A program made the position numbers and the translations under genes. Source: Macrostomum hystrix (Eukaryota; Animalia; Platyhelminthes). Taken from it: a stretch of DNA of 64,000 nucleotides. Positions 1 through 11,100 of this stretch are shown here, one piece after another. The notes under the pieces are model-generated. The model did not search any database. It was not told where the DNA came from and saw only the letters and a list, made by a program, of their open reading frames with translations. The stretch is taken from contig CATNEN010000002.1 of the NCBI GenBank assembly GCA_950097015.1, positions 7,998,001-8,062,000 on the forward strand, read 5' to 3'. Every line of letters begins with the position of its first letter. The first letter of the stretch is position 1.

Positions 1-2337
1 AAATGCTGCAGGGACAAAATTTTTTTAAGGCAACAAGTTCAAGTTTTACTCTGGGATCCGTTATGTATCTATCTATCTTGTACTCAAAGAACAATAATGC
101 TGCAAGGTGCTGCAATATGGCTCAAACTAACACAATTGCTGAAACTTTTGGGATGACCCTCGGTCAAACCAAACTTACAGGTGCTATTTCATAGCTTTTG
201 CCCAGCTTAAGTCCCTTGAGTCCCATCGTACATGTCGCTCTTACATGTATTTCGTACTTATCCTTCGAATTACTCCCAACACTGCAGTCGTTTAGTCTGC
301 TAGTCACTCGACAAACCGAAGATGCATACGTATCTCGGAGACTCGGACACATGAATATCGGAAGCCACGAAGTCATATCGGAAGCCATGCAGCGAATAGT
401 GCTGAGTTGATTGTGATGCAACCCTGCGTAAGGCTTGTGAACTAAGCTACAACCCGAGGTGCTGCGTAGCAGGGGATCAGGCCTCACCCTCCCAGAGGCA
501 CCCGCACTAGATGAAATATGGTAGCTTGGGGCTGTGGTCCGAGGGCAAGGACCCACTGTTCTTATCCCAACTATGTCAGGGAATTTTGAAGGTAGGGACT
601 AGTTACAGTAGTTCTGCCACCACCCCTTGGGAGGATAGACTCCGAAACTAACCTCTAACGAGGCAGGGGCCCCGGTGGCTTTGACAATGTTTAGGCCGAA
701 GGAGAAACAATGTCTGCTTTAAGGGACTCTATGCTGGGCATCTGAAGGGTGTCCTGGACAGTGCTGAGAATGAGGACTTTCTCATAGGGGGACTTTTGAT
801 CTGCACAAGGTCTAGATCCCTAGTTCTAACAATCTAACTGGTGCATTGAGATTGAGTAAGAGTTTAGAAATTAATGATTCTATTCCCGACTGGCAAGTGC
901 TAAGTTGCAATCGATGACGGTGATGGATTGGCTTTCAATAGATTCAGGCGCTGTGCACGGCTTTTATGATATATGAATTACATTATAAGTACTGTATTTG
1001 TATTAATCACAAATTAAATATTCACTTCTTCATGATTGGCCAACGGCTTCGGTCTCAGCTCCCTGCAGCCTGAGCTGTCTACTCCCTAGCCTGCATGCTA
1101 AAGAAATAGAAAGCTAAAGCAATTGACAAAGATTTGGCTAATGATTCTCAACTCAGCTGCGGATCCCTACTTGAGGCGCAAATGATAATTTATTGAGCAG
1201 ATTAACACATGCAAAACCCAATGCGGTCAGCAACAGAAAATTAAGTCTACCCTGAGAGTGATTCTCCAATAGCGGCGGCAAGGCTGATGAGGCTGGCAGA
1301 GGTCAAGGCGCGGCCTCAATGTTGCTCACGCTGGAGGTCTCGCTGACACAAGGGGAACCGGCTTCGGAATTTGGGATAACGTGAATCCGGCTAGCCGAAG
1401 GTCTGACTCCCTTCGGGGATAGGAGATAGGACGAACGGGGATCGAGGATGTTCCCCGACAAACGGTTCCGAGCCACCGGAAACGAGAGGTAGGGGATCCC
1501 CTTCGAGCATATCAAACAGTTCTTACAGGCGATTTATAAAGCCTAACCTAACCCTAACCCTTACCTGGCCCTGGCCACTCCAATGCCCCGATAGCGTCGG
1601 TGTGGATCAACCGCTGAATAAATGAATTTTAATATTTAACGCATAATCGAGGGTTACAAAATGCACAAGATTCGATTCGTAAGCTGGAAAATGCCAGGTG
1701 TCGATCTTTAATGTCATTATAATGCTATATAAAGTATATTTGCTGAAATTGCTAAAAACGCAAGCATGGCAACAAAAACTCTGCTCTTAAGTCTGAGGGG
1801 GTTGTTGTAGACTTTAGCTAAAAAGTTTGTGAGAGGTGTTTTACATTTTTGCAATGAAAACACTAGGAAATGCATAGTAGCTATATACGGTGCAGATCAG
1901 AACACTAGCTTTCAGTCAGTCTTTCTTTACATTCAGGCGATTGGTTCTTAAATGCGCTAGATCTAAAACAGCATTTCTTAGCATACATAATAGAAACCCG
2001 TTAACATTTTCATAGGGTTTAAACCTTTTCCTGACTGCCCTTTCGTACCCCCACACCCATTCCGGACGGCTTGGACCGAAATCGTGCCATAGAATTTTTT
2101 GGTCTCAAATCTATAGCTCGCATATACACCCTTCACGACTGAGCGATTTTCAAACTGATTCGCCACATAAGAATTGGCTTTCCAGAATGCTTTCAGAATG
2201 CTTTCCAGAACATAAGAATGCTTTCCAGATATTCAGTGCGTGTGCTTTGCCCCGCCATTCTTCGCTACGACTCTCACAGACTAATCATCGCATCACTCGA
2301 ATCACTGCACTCAGAATCGCAAACCAATGATCCAGAC

Positions 2338-2770
2338 GGTTTACCCCGGATTCGCCGAATCCCGATTTCCCGATTCTCAGCTCGCCGAATCCCGATTCGC
2401 CGATTCCTGGTTCGCTGAAATTCCCAAGTCGCCGAATTTCCTGATTTGCGAAATTCTTATCTTAATTGGATGGAATTATAAGAATGGAATGGCTGGCGGG
2501 AAGGGATACTGATGGGGTGGAGAGGAAGTCGGTCATCAGGGTATATAAAGACCATCCTGTGGCGCATCAGAGACGTGCTATTTCTTATTTTTCATTGAGT
2601 ACTGATTCTACCAAGTTTCAGAGCAGCGATTAACAATTTCGACAAATCAGGAAATTCGGCGAATCAGGAAATTCAGCGAATCAGGAATTCTGGCGAACCA
2701 GGAATCGGCGAATCGGGATTCAGCGAGCTGGGAATCGGCGAATCGGGATTCGGCGGATCGGGGGTAAACC
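2338..2770. mobile_element. Non-autonomous TIR DNA transposon (MITE), 433 bp, 8-bp TSD
   Basis: Starts GGTTTACCCC at 2338 and ends GGGGTAAACC at 2770. Imperfect inverted repeats extend ~120 bp and are built from CGCCGAATC/CCGATT sub-repeats. ATCCAGAC flanks both sides (2330-2337, 2771-2778). No ORF with recognisable domains. Confidence 0.9.
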
Positions 2771-2834
2771 ATCCAGACAACAGAACCAGTAACGGATCAG
2801 AATACGTTATTCTGCACGGGGGTGGAGGAACCTC

Positions 2835-5180
2835 TTAAAGATTTCGTGTTATTTCGCGTTTCGGCGCCGCCGCGGCAACTACCACGAAGCGGGCAGAAGA
2901 GCCGCCAACAACGACCGTGGGGCGGCCAGAGGAACCGCCACCCGAAACGACAATTGAACGGCCGAAGGAGCCGCCACCGGCGACGGCCGTAGAGCGACCA
3001 GAGGAGCCGCCACCCGATATCACAGTGGAACGGCCAGAAAAGCCGCCTCCAGCGACATCCTCAGAGCGGCCAGAGGAGCCGCCACCGGCGACGGCCGTAG
3101 AGCGACCAGAGGAGCCGCCACCCGAAACGACAATTGAACGGCCGAAGGAGCCGCCACCGGCGACGGCCGTAGAGCGACTAGAGGAGCCGCCACCCGATAT
3201 CACAGTGGAACGGCCAGAAAAGCCGCCTCCAGCGACATCCTCAGAGCGACCAGAGGAGCCGCTACCCGATATCACAGTGGAACGGCCAGAAAAGCCGCCT
3301 CCAGCGACATCCTCAGAGCGACCAGAGGAGCCGCTACCCGATATCACAGTGGAACGGCCAGAAAAGCCGCCACCGGCGACATCCTCAGAGCGGCCAGAGG
3401 AGCCGCCACCGGCGACGGCCGTAGAGCGACCAGAGGAGCCGCCACCCGATATCACAGTGAAACGGCCAGAAAAGCCGCCTCCAGCGACATCCGCAGAGCG
3501 GCCGAAGGAGCCGCCACCGGCTACATCCTCAGAGCGGCCAGAGGAGCCGCCACCGGCGATGGCCGTAGAGCGACTAGAGGAGCCGCCACCCGATATCACA
3601 GTGGAACGGCCAGAAAAGCCGCCTCCAGCGACATCCTCAGAGCGGCCACAGGAGCCGCCACCGGCGACGGCCGTAGAGCGACCAGAGGAGCCGCCACCAG
3701 CTATCACAGTGAAACGGCCAGAAAAGCCGCCTCCAGCGACATCCGCAGAGCGGCCGAAGGAGCCGCCACCGGCTACATCCTCAGAGCGGCCAGAGGAGCC
3801 GCCACCGGCGATGGCCGTAGAGCGACTAGAGGAGCCGCCACCCGATATCACAGTGGAACGGCCAGAAAAGCCGCCTCCAGCGACATCCTCAGAGCGGCCA
3901 CAGGAGCCGCCACCGGCGACGGCCGTAGAGCGACCAGAGGAGCCGCCACCAGCTATCACAGTGGAACGGCCAGAAAAGCCGCCTCCGGCGACATCCGCAG
4001 AGTGGCCAGAGGAGCCGCCGCTGTTGCCGTCGCTTGAAAAAGGTATAAATCTTAGTTCGTTGCGAAAATTGTACACGCGCCGCAACTCGGCTGAGTTTAT
4101 TTCCCCGGGATTTTTTATTTCCGGCATGAAAACACCTTTCAGGTTCTTGAAGTTAATTTTGCAACCCATACCGGCGGCAACTGAAATTCATAATTTAAAA
4201 TGTTGAACTTCTAAAAAATAAATTGTAAAGTAAAATCTGTATAACTACAGAAAGAATAGAAAGAACTCGCCTAAAATAGACTACTTAAAGCTTATTAAAT
4301 TGTTGCATGACTCACCATAAGCCATTCGCACGGCAGCGCGAACCTCCTTCCGCATCAAATCAACCGTAGGTTGCCGTCCAGACAATTGCGTAAGCTGATT
4401 TTCTGATGACAGAAGTTCAAATTTCTAAAAAACGTCGTGCGTCGGTTAGTATAGGAGATTAAAGAGATAACCAGTATCCATACATTAGATATTACAAGTA
4501 GAACCAAACGGAAGGATATTAAAATATAAATACCTACTGAATTTCTTTCTTCACATACTCTTGCTAGTCCTTAAATACTGTTATTATAATTACCTGAATA
4601 AGACCACACTCCACGTGGAGAAATTCGTCTAATCCTGGAGACGCGCATACACGGAGATTCGTCCCGTCGCGCTTCTTAGAAATAACAACTACATGGTAGT
4701 TGTTAAACATTGCACGGGCCTGGAAGAAGAGTTGCGTAACGTCATTATGGAGGGAGAAAAAACTGTTGAGCCCAAATGCCGATCTGATCATTTACGAAAA
4801 AATATATTTCTGACAGCTAAATTCCATATCGCTGTCAGATATGAAACTTAGATTTACCATACTGTCTATTATTACCAGTTGCTCCAACTCAAGCCCCGAT
4901 GGGCATCGCTGATGGCTCTGCTCATTTGCCTCCTTAGTAACATTCTCTAGCAAAGCCCTGTCGTCAGCGGTGAGTTGCTTGAACTCATTAGCTAAGAAAG
5001 CCATACGATCCTTCGAAAAGCGGTCTGAAAAAGAAATCCAAATAATTCAAACTAAAACTAAATTGCCTAAGCCGCTTATTTTTAACTTAATGACTAAAAT
5101 ATGCTAAACTTACTGGATCCTCTTAGCTTCACAAACATGGACCATGCACTTCTTTTTCGAACCTTGCCAAGGCGGCCCAT
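2835..5180 (-). CDS. Five-exon gene (~598 aa): HMG-box-like N-terminus, GTF2I-repeat-like segment, Gly/Ser-rich repeat tail
   Basis: Exons 5180-5114, 5024-4876, 4719-4594, 4424-4316 and 4180-2835 are joined by GT-AG introns whose phases (1,0,0,1) all keep the frame, total 1797 nt. HMG-like: RKRSAWSMFVK...RMAFLANEFKQLTADDRALLENVTKEANE. GTF2I-like: LMRKEVRAAVRMAY...KINFKNL...KNPGEINSAELRRVYNFRNELRFI. Domain calls are by eye. Confidence 0.7.
2911..4022. repeat. 36-bp GC-rich coding minisatellite (~30 units)
   Basis: Units such as GAGCGGCCAGAGGAGCCGCCACCGGCGACGGCCGTA. They read as 12-aa repeats on both strands (RPEEPPPATAVE on +, GGGSSGRSTAVA on -). Confidence 0.95.
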
Positions 5181-5350
5181 CGTTTTCGAAAAAAATAACT
5201 TCTGGAAATTCAGTCACATTTGCAATATAACCTATAACTCTTTCAGAAAACTTAGAGAAGGCCAAAAAGTGTGGAAAACGTCAGAAAGAGGGCAAGAAAG
5301 GACAGAAAATGTGGAACAGTGTGAAAGATTTTTAAGAGGGAGAGTGCAGT

Positions 5351-5846
5351 AGAGAGCAGAAAGGAAGAGAATGTGCTAGAAGGGTGTGGTAGAGAGCAGA
5401 AAGGAAGGGAATGTGCTAGAAGGGTGTGGTAGAGAGCAGAAAGGCAGGGAAGGTGCTAGAAGGGTGTGGTAGAGAGCAGAAAGGCAGGGAAGGTGCTAGA
5501 AGGGTGTGGTAGAGAGCAGAAAGGAAGGGAAGGTGCTAGAAGGGTGTGGTAGAGAGCAGAAAGGAAGGGAATGTGCTAGAAGGGTGTGGTAGAGAGCAGA
5601 AAGGCAGGGAAGGTGCTAGAAGGGTGTGGTAGAGAGCAGAAAGGCAGGGAAGGTGCTAGAAGGGTGTGGTAGAGAGCAGAAAGGCAAGGAAGGTGCTAGA
5701 AGGGTGTGGTAGAGAGCAGAAAGGAAGGGAATGTGCTAGAAGGGTGTGGTAGAGAGCAGAAAGGCAGGGAAGGTGCTAGAAGGGTGTGGTAGAGAGCAGA
5801 AAGGCAGGGAAGGTGCTAGAAGGGTGTGGTAGAGAGCAGAAAGGAA
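5351..5846. repeat. 40-bp purine-rich tandem repeat (~12 units)
   Basis: Unit AGAGAGCAGAAAGGAAGGGAATGTGCTAGAAGGGTGTGGT recurs every 40 bp. Confidence 0.95.
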
Positions 5847-6282
5847 ACAAAGAGGTGGAATGGTATAGCAGAATGCAGAAAGGCACAAAGGTATGGTAGA
5901 GGGCAGATAGGCAAGGAAGGAAGAACAAAGGTATGGGAGAGGGCAGAAAGGTATAAGCAGAAAGGTATAGGATATTAAAGGACAGAATATTGCAGCTAAG
6001 GACAGAAAAGCATAAGATAAATAAGATAATGGTAAGAAAATATAAATAAGGATGGGTAAAGTCAAAAGAAAAAGTGGGTTTATAGGAAAGCCAATATATA
6101 AGTGATATATTGGCCTACAATTAGGCCAATAAGGCCTTGCTAATTCTATCATACCTATTCAAATTATTGTTTATAAGGCTGGCCCCATAGCTACTCAAGC
6201 CTAGTTAAATATATAGCTTAATAACTGTAGGTAATGTAGGCCTAGCTATGCCCCTATTAAAGTAAAATTTCAAGTTAGCTAT

Positions 6283-6996
6283 TGAGGCAGGCCCAAATTT
6301 ACCGTAGATTTATAAGTTGAATTCCCGCCAAATGCTTTTCCTCAATTTTATATTCTGTTTTGTTTAAATGTGTTTCGTCACCCCCCCAAAATCTTGCTAT
6401 AAATATAGGCGCAGTTTAGCCCAAAAATGACCAACCGGTGCCCCGTGCCCAGTTCGGAGAGCAATAAAGGAGAATAAATCTCAATGTGTTTTTCAATTAT
6501 TTTACAGAGGAGAAAAGCAGGTCCGTGATAATTCACAAGTCAGGAATATTCGAAAGAATAAAGAAGGGAATAGTCATAAAAAGCAGTGGAGTGTAAAAAC
6601 TAAAGAGCAGAAGGGTAAATCCCGATTGGTGGGAAAGCACTGTGTGCAAAGTTGGGCAACTTCAGTCTATTGGAAGCCTTGAAAGACTGGGAACAAACCA
6701 GAGAGCCAGACAGTTGTGAGTAAGTAGAGGAGAGGAAGAAGTGTCTTGCCGCTCGGACACTCGTGAGAACGCTACCAAATTTTGGAAGGAAAGCAGCCTA
6801 TCTGGCCAGTTTAAGCAATTTATGCATATGCAATAAGGGGATACATAGCTAGCCTATGAAGAATAACTAAGTCATAGACAAAGGAAACTAAGAATTATTT
6901 CAAGGATTAAGTCAAGGTGTGAAATAAGCAATTGTTAATATTTAATAAAAGAGTATCTGAGGTATTTAAACCCAAAAGAGGAAATAGCCTACGACA
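6283..6996 (+). repeat. 5' LTR (~714 bp; 3' boundary ambiguous because of the 42-bp repeats)
   Basis: Begins TGAGGCAGGCCC, matching TGTGGCAGGCCC at 14216. Ends ...CTACGACA before the first PBS-like motif. Contains TATAAATA and AATAAA. Confidence 0.8.
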
Positions 6997-7147
6997 ACTT
7001 AGTGGCAGCTGTAAGATTTAGTAGAGAGCCCTACAGCAACTTAGTGGCAGCTGTAAGATTTAGTAGAGAGCCCTACAGCAACTTAGTGGCAGCTGTAAGA
7101 TTTAGTAGAGAGCCCTACAACAACTTGGTGTCAGCGGTAAAGGATTG
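6985..7147 (+). promoter_or_regulatory. Four tandem 42-bp LTR-end/PBS units; the last resembles a tRNA-Leu PBS
   Basis: CAACT+TAGTGGCAGCTGTAAGATT at 7000, 7042 and 7084; CAACT+TGGTGTCAGCGGTAAAGGATT at 7126. Resembles TGGTG(G/T)CAGCGGTGGGATT, the complement of metazoan tRNA-Leu 3' ends as I recall them. Confidence 0.7.
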
Positions 7148-7193
7148 AAATCCAGCTAAAAGCACACAGTCAGTTAAAAGTTAAGATAACGGT

Positions 7194-8096
7194 ATGGCCG
7201 CAGGAATTAATGATGCTATTGGTTTGTTAGCCGAAGAGCTAAGAAATAGACTAGAATTAGGACCCATGAGACATGTAAAGATCCAAAAGTATACACCTAG
7301 CCAGAACATTAGAATTTGGCTTACAGCATTCGATCAGAGATGCGACAATGAAGGATTAGAACAGGACGAGCATAGGAAGAATGAACTATTAGCTAACTTA
7401 GATCTTGCGACTGCATTTGCAGCCGTCCAACGTCTGAATTTGCCAGAAGAACTAACATACGAGGAGCTGAAGGAAAGACTTGTAGAAAGGTTTGGAAGAC
7501 TAGGAAGCTCAGCCGAGTTTAGGGAGGAATTTAGAGGTAGGGGTAGGATACAAGGGAGGAATGAGCCAGTTGACTCATTCGCAGATGCTTTGATCGAGTT
7601 GTCCGCGCAAGCATTCCCCAATATGAATGCAGAGCAAAGGGAGGAGGTAGTAGAGCAGTTCATCAAAGGAGCGAGAATCCCCTCCGACACTAGGGAAAAG
7701 TTAATATTTGCACAGCCAGCCAGCCTGCAAGAGGCTAGGAGAATGCTGAGACGCATAGAAGCAGCGTGGCATATGTCGCACAAGAATGGAGTACGAGTCG
7801 TAAAAGACGAGCAAGTCGATGAGGATCGGAATAAGAAGATGGAGGAGACCATCGAGAGGCAGAAATATGAGATCAATAAGCAGAAGAAGCTGATTGAAGA
7901 CCTGATTCAGGAAAGGAGGAAGGCTGAATGCCAAAAAGTAACACCTCAGCCGCTCATGCAGCAGAAGACGTACCTGAAGCCGCAACAACAGTCGAGGCCT
8001 CCGCCGACATGTTTTAACTGTAACAAAGTTGGGCATATTGCCAAGTACTGCAAGAGCTCACAGCAGCAGCAGCGGTACCGATATCAGGGAAACTGA
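7194..8096 (+). CDS. gag: Gag polyprotein (300 aa) with CCHC zinc knuckle
   Basis: Uninterrupted ORF after the PBS. Capsid-like QGRNEPVDSFADAL...QFIKG segment and CFNCNKVGHIAKYC. Confidence 0.92.
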   Translation: MAAGINDAIGLLAEELRNRLELGPMRHVKIQKYTPSQNIRIWLTAFDQRCDNEGLEQDEHRKNELLANLDLATAFAAVQRLNLPEELTYEELKERLVERFGRLGSSAEFREEFRGRGRIQGRNEPVDSFADALIELSAQAFPNMNAEQREEVVEQFIKGARIPSDTREKLIFAQPASLQEARRMLRRIEAAWHMSHKNGVRVVKDEQVDEDRNKKMEETIERQKYEINKQKKLIEDLIQERRKAECQKVTPQPLMQQKTYLKPQQQSRPPPTCFNCNKVGHIAKYCKSSQQQQRYRYQGN

Positions 8097-8145
8097 ATAT
8101 CGAGGGACGAGAGTCGAGGCCGCGCCCCTCTAGTAAACCCCGATT
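8087..8145 (+). promoter_or_regulatory. -1 programmed ribosomal frameshift signal (G GGA AAC plus probable pseudoknot)
   Basis: Heptamer 8087-8093 is in X XXY YYZ phase directly before the gag TGA. The -1 frame is open from 8093 to 9367 through the protease. Possible stems 8102-8109/8123-8130 and 8112-8119/8138-8145. Confidence 0.8.
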
Positions 8146-11100
8146 CGAATCGCAGGCCTCTAAGAATCGGCGATACCCAGCCCAGTCGTCGAGATTGTGT
8201 AATGCACAGAAGCAGCCGAAGTATCGAGTATCAGCACCCATTGCGTCAGCACCATTTGCGTCAGCACCATCTGCGTCAGCACCCATTGCGTCAGCACCAT
8301 CTGCGTCAGCACCCATTGCGTCAGCACCATCTGCGTCAGCACCCATTGCGTTAGCCCCAGCGGCATCTGTGTCAGCAACCATTGCGTCAGCCCCCTGCAT
8401 GTCAGTCCTGGAGGAACCAGCTTCCGAAGTATCAGCCCCGAGATCAGCCGCCGCAACATCTGGAAAATACTCAAGGACACGTGAGAATAAACGCAAAGTA
8501 TTTGTTTCTAATTCTAAGCTAGAACTTATTAAACCTGAAGGATTTGAAGCTGTAATTGTAGGAAAATTTAAGAATCAGGAAATTAATTTTATCCAAGACA
8601 CAGGGGCTAGGAACAGCTTTTTGAGCAAATCTATTTGGTCAAAATTACTTAAGCCAGAACAGATAAGGAGTACAGACAAGCGAGTCTCTACTTTCGATGG
8701 AACCAGAGTACAATTGGAAGGCGAGAGTTGTATTCCAGTTAGATTCGGAGACATCCAGATAGAAATAGAATTCCTTTTGTGTGGACATGAGAGCGACAAT
8801 ATCTTAGGAATGGAATTTTTCCTAGGACATTGTGATAGCATTCATCTTGCTAAAGGCATGTTGATTCTAAATGAAGGAGCAAGCATTCCTATGCAGTTCA
8901 CTCATCTACCTGTAAAAGTATGCAGAGTGTATACTCAGGAGAAAGTAGTGATTCCTGCAAATAGTGCGTTGAGAATCCCAGTGAGATTGGCGAGAGATGC
9001 TGAGTGCAATTTGGGAACACCTATGACAGTTAGTATGATTGGCGAAGGTGTAAAAGCCAAAGAATTGACAGTCGAGATGGCTCCCACTCTAGTCACAATG
9101 CGAGAAGGTTCCGCTATTGTGGAAATAGTGAACAACAATTCAGTTGAAGTGAAGCTGTCTAAGTCAACATTGGTAGGCCTAGCCAAACCAGTGAAAGCAA
9201 GTGAGTTGAAGTATTTCAAAGAGGAAAAAGAAGTAGTCAGTCAACCTACCGGACGAGTCAATCAGACACAGACTGTGGAAGATGCGTGGATCCATGAGGT
9301 CAAGATTGGTCAAGATCTTACCGAGGATCAGAGGAAGTCAGTGATCGAACTTATTCTACTCCATTAGTCATTGTGCCAAAAAAGGACGGATCCATACGGA
9401 TTGTGAGCGATTTTAGAGTGTTAAACTCGAAGGTGAACTATGTTCCGTATCCGCTTCCTAACATCCACCAGACTTTCACCTATTTATCAGGCAGTCAGTA
9501 CTTTAGTAGTCTCGATTTGAATTCTGGTTATTGGCAGGTGCCGATAAAGGAAGAACACAAGTTCATGACCGCCTTCTCTACTCTAACCTGAGGACAGTTT
9601 GAGTACGAGGTTATGGCACAAGGTTTATCGAATGCCCCAGGAACATTCCAAAGGCTCATGAATCTTGTACTTTTAGGAATTCAGCATAAGTTTGCCATGT
9701 CATATATAGACGACATAGTTACCTATTCTAAAAATTTTAATGACCACCTTTCCCATCTAAAGGAAGTGTTCAAGAGATTAATAATCGCAGGATTGAAGCT
9801 AAGGCCAAAGAAATGTAACCTTTTTCATAGAGAGTTAAAGTACTTAGGACATGTGATCAGTACAGAAGGTATCTATACGGATGAGACGAAGATTGAAGCA
9901 ATCAAGACCTGGCTGAAGCCAAAAGATGTGAAGGAGCTACGCAGTTTTCTTGGTCTATGTAATTACTACAGCCGTTTCATTAAAAATTATGCAGAAGCTG
10001 CCCATCCCCTTTTCCAGTTAACAAGGAAAGGAATTAAGAACTTTCAAGAGAGATGGAGCAAAGAGCATGACGAAGCGTTTGAGTCGCTAAAGAACCGGAT
10101 GATGTCCACTGAAGTCTTAGCGTATCCCGAATTTGTGGATGACGAGAAGGTGAAGATGGTATTGGATACCGATGCAAGTGATAGCCGTATTGGCGCTGTA
10201 CTTAGCCAGATCCAATCAGATGGCATAGAGAGACCCATAGCTTATTTCAGCCGAGCTATGAAAGAGTCGGAAAAACGCTACCCTATCACTAGAAAAGAAC
10301 TCTTAGCCCTAGTGGATGCCATGAGGCATTTCTGTTTCTACCTGTTAGGCAAGAAGTTTTTGGCAAGAACGGATCATAAGGCGATAATTTGGCTGTTAAG
10401 GCAAACAGAAGCTCAAGGAATTCTTGGTCGGTGGGTCGAGCGCCTAAACGAATTCTCGTTTGATATAGAACACAGAAGCAGTGCAAAGAACCAGAACGCT
10501 GACAGTCTGTCAAGAAGACCAGCTGATGTCCCTGAAGCAGAGCAAGTTATTGAGCCGATAGTGCAAAGCTGCAGTGTAATGGAAGAGTCAGGACAGGAAG
10601 TCAAGGCTAATGATAGCTTATATAGCTTGACACAGCCCCAGACTGCCCTAAGTGAAGGAGAGAAAAAGACATTAGATCCCAATAGCAGGATCCAGTCTAC
10701 TATCTCAGGACAAGGAGAGGTGAGAATTCTCAGTGAACTTGAACATGACTCCAGCATTCCGCTTCTGAGTCCAGTTTCTGAGGAATTTAATCCTATTGAT
10801 CCTATTGATATTGAGAGTGAGGATATGCTGCAAGTAGCAAGTAGCAAGTGCGAGAAGTTATTGACCGATTTCTTACCCAGCCCATTGAAACGAGAGCAAA
10901 TTATTGCGTCACAAAGAGATGACCCAGTAATTAGAGTGCTAATAGAATGGAAGAAATCAGGAGAGAACGATCCCCAGTTACCAGAAATTGTCAGCCCAGA
11001 ATTGAAGAAGATGAGGAAATCCTTTGAGGATATGAAGATAGAGAATGAGATGTTAATCATTAGAGAAGATGACAGTTGGAAAGTAGTACTGCCCCAGTCC

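Noticed and set aside
1-1515. Short ORFs and a long minus-strand frame with several stops
   Set aside because: No recognisable motif or consistent splice model; possibly decayed coding or TE sequence, but I cannot support a call.
1541-1563. Telomere-like CCTAACCTAACCCTAACCCT
   Set aside because: Only about 3 units; too short for an interstitial telomere, and no element boundaries found.
2218-2512. Two overlapping + ORFs
   Set aside because: They are translations of the MITE inverted repeat.
2917-4206. 429-aa Pro/Glu-rich + strand ORF
   Set aside because: Antisense shadow of the stop-free minisatellite; the - strand has splice support.
5736-6152. Hydrophobic 138-aa - strand ORF
   Set aside because: Arises from the purine-rich repeat and low-complexity flank.
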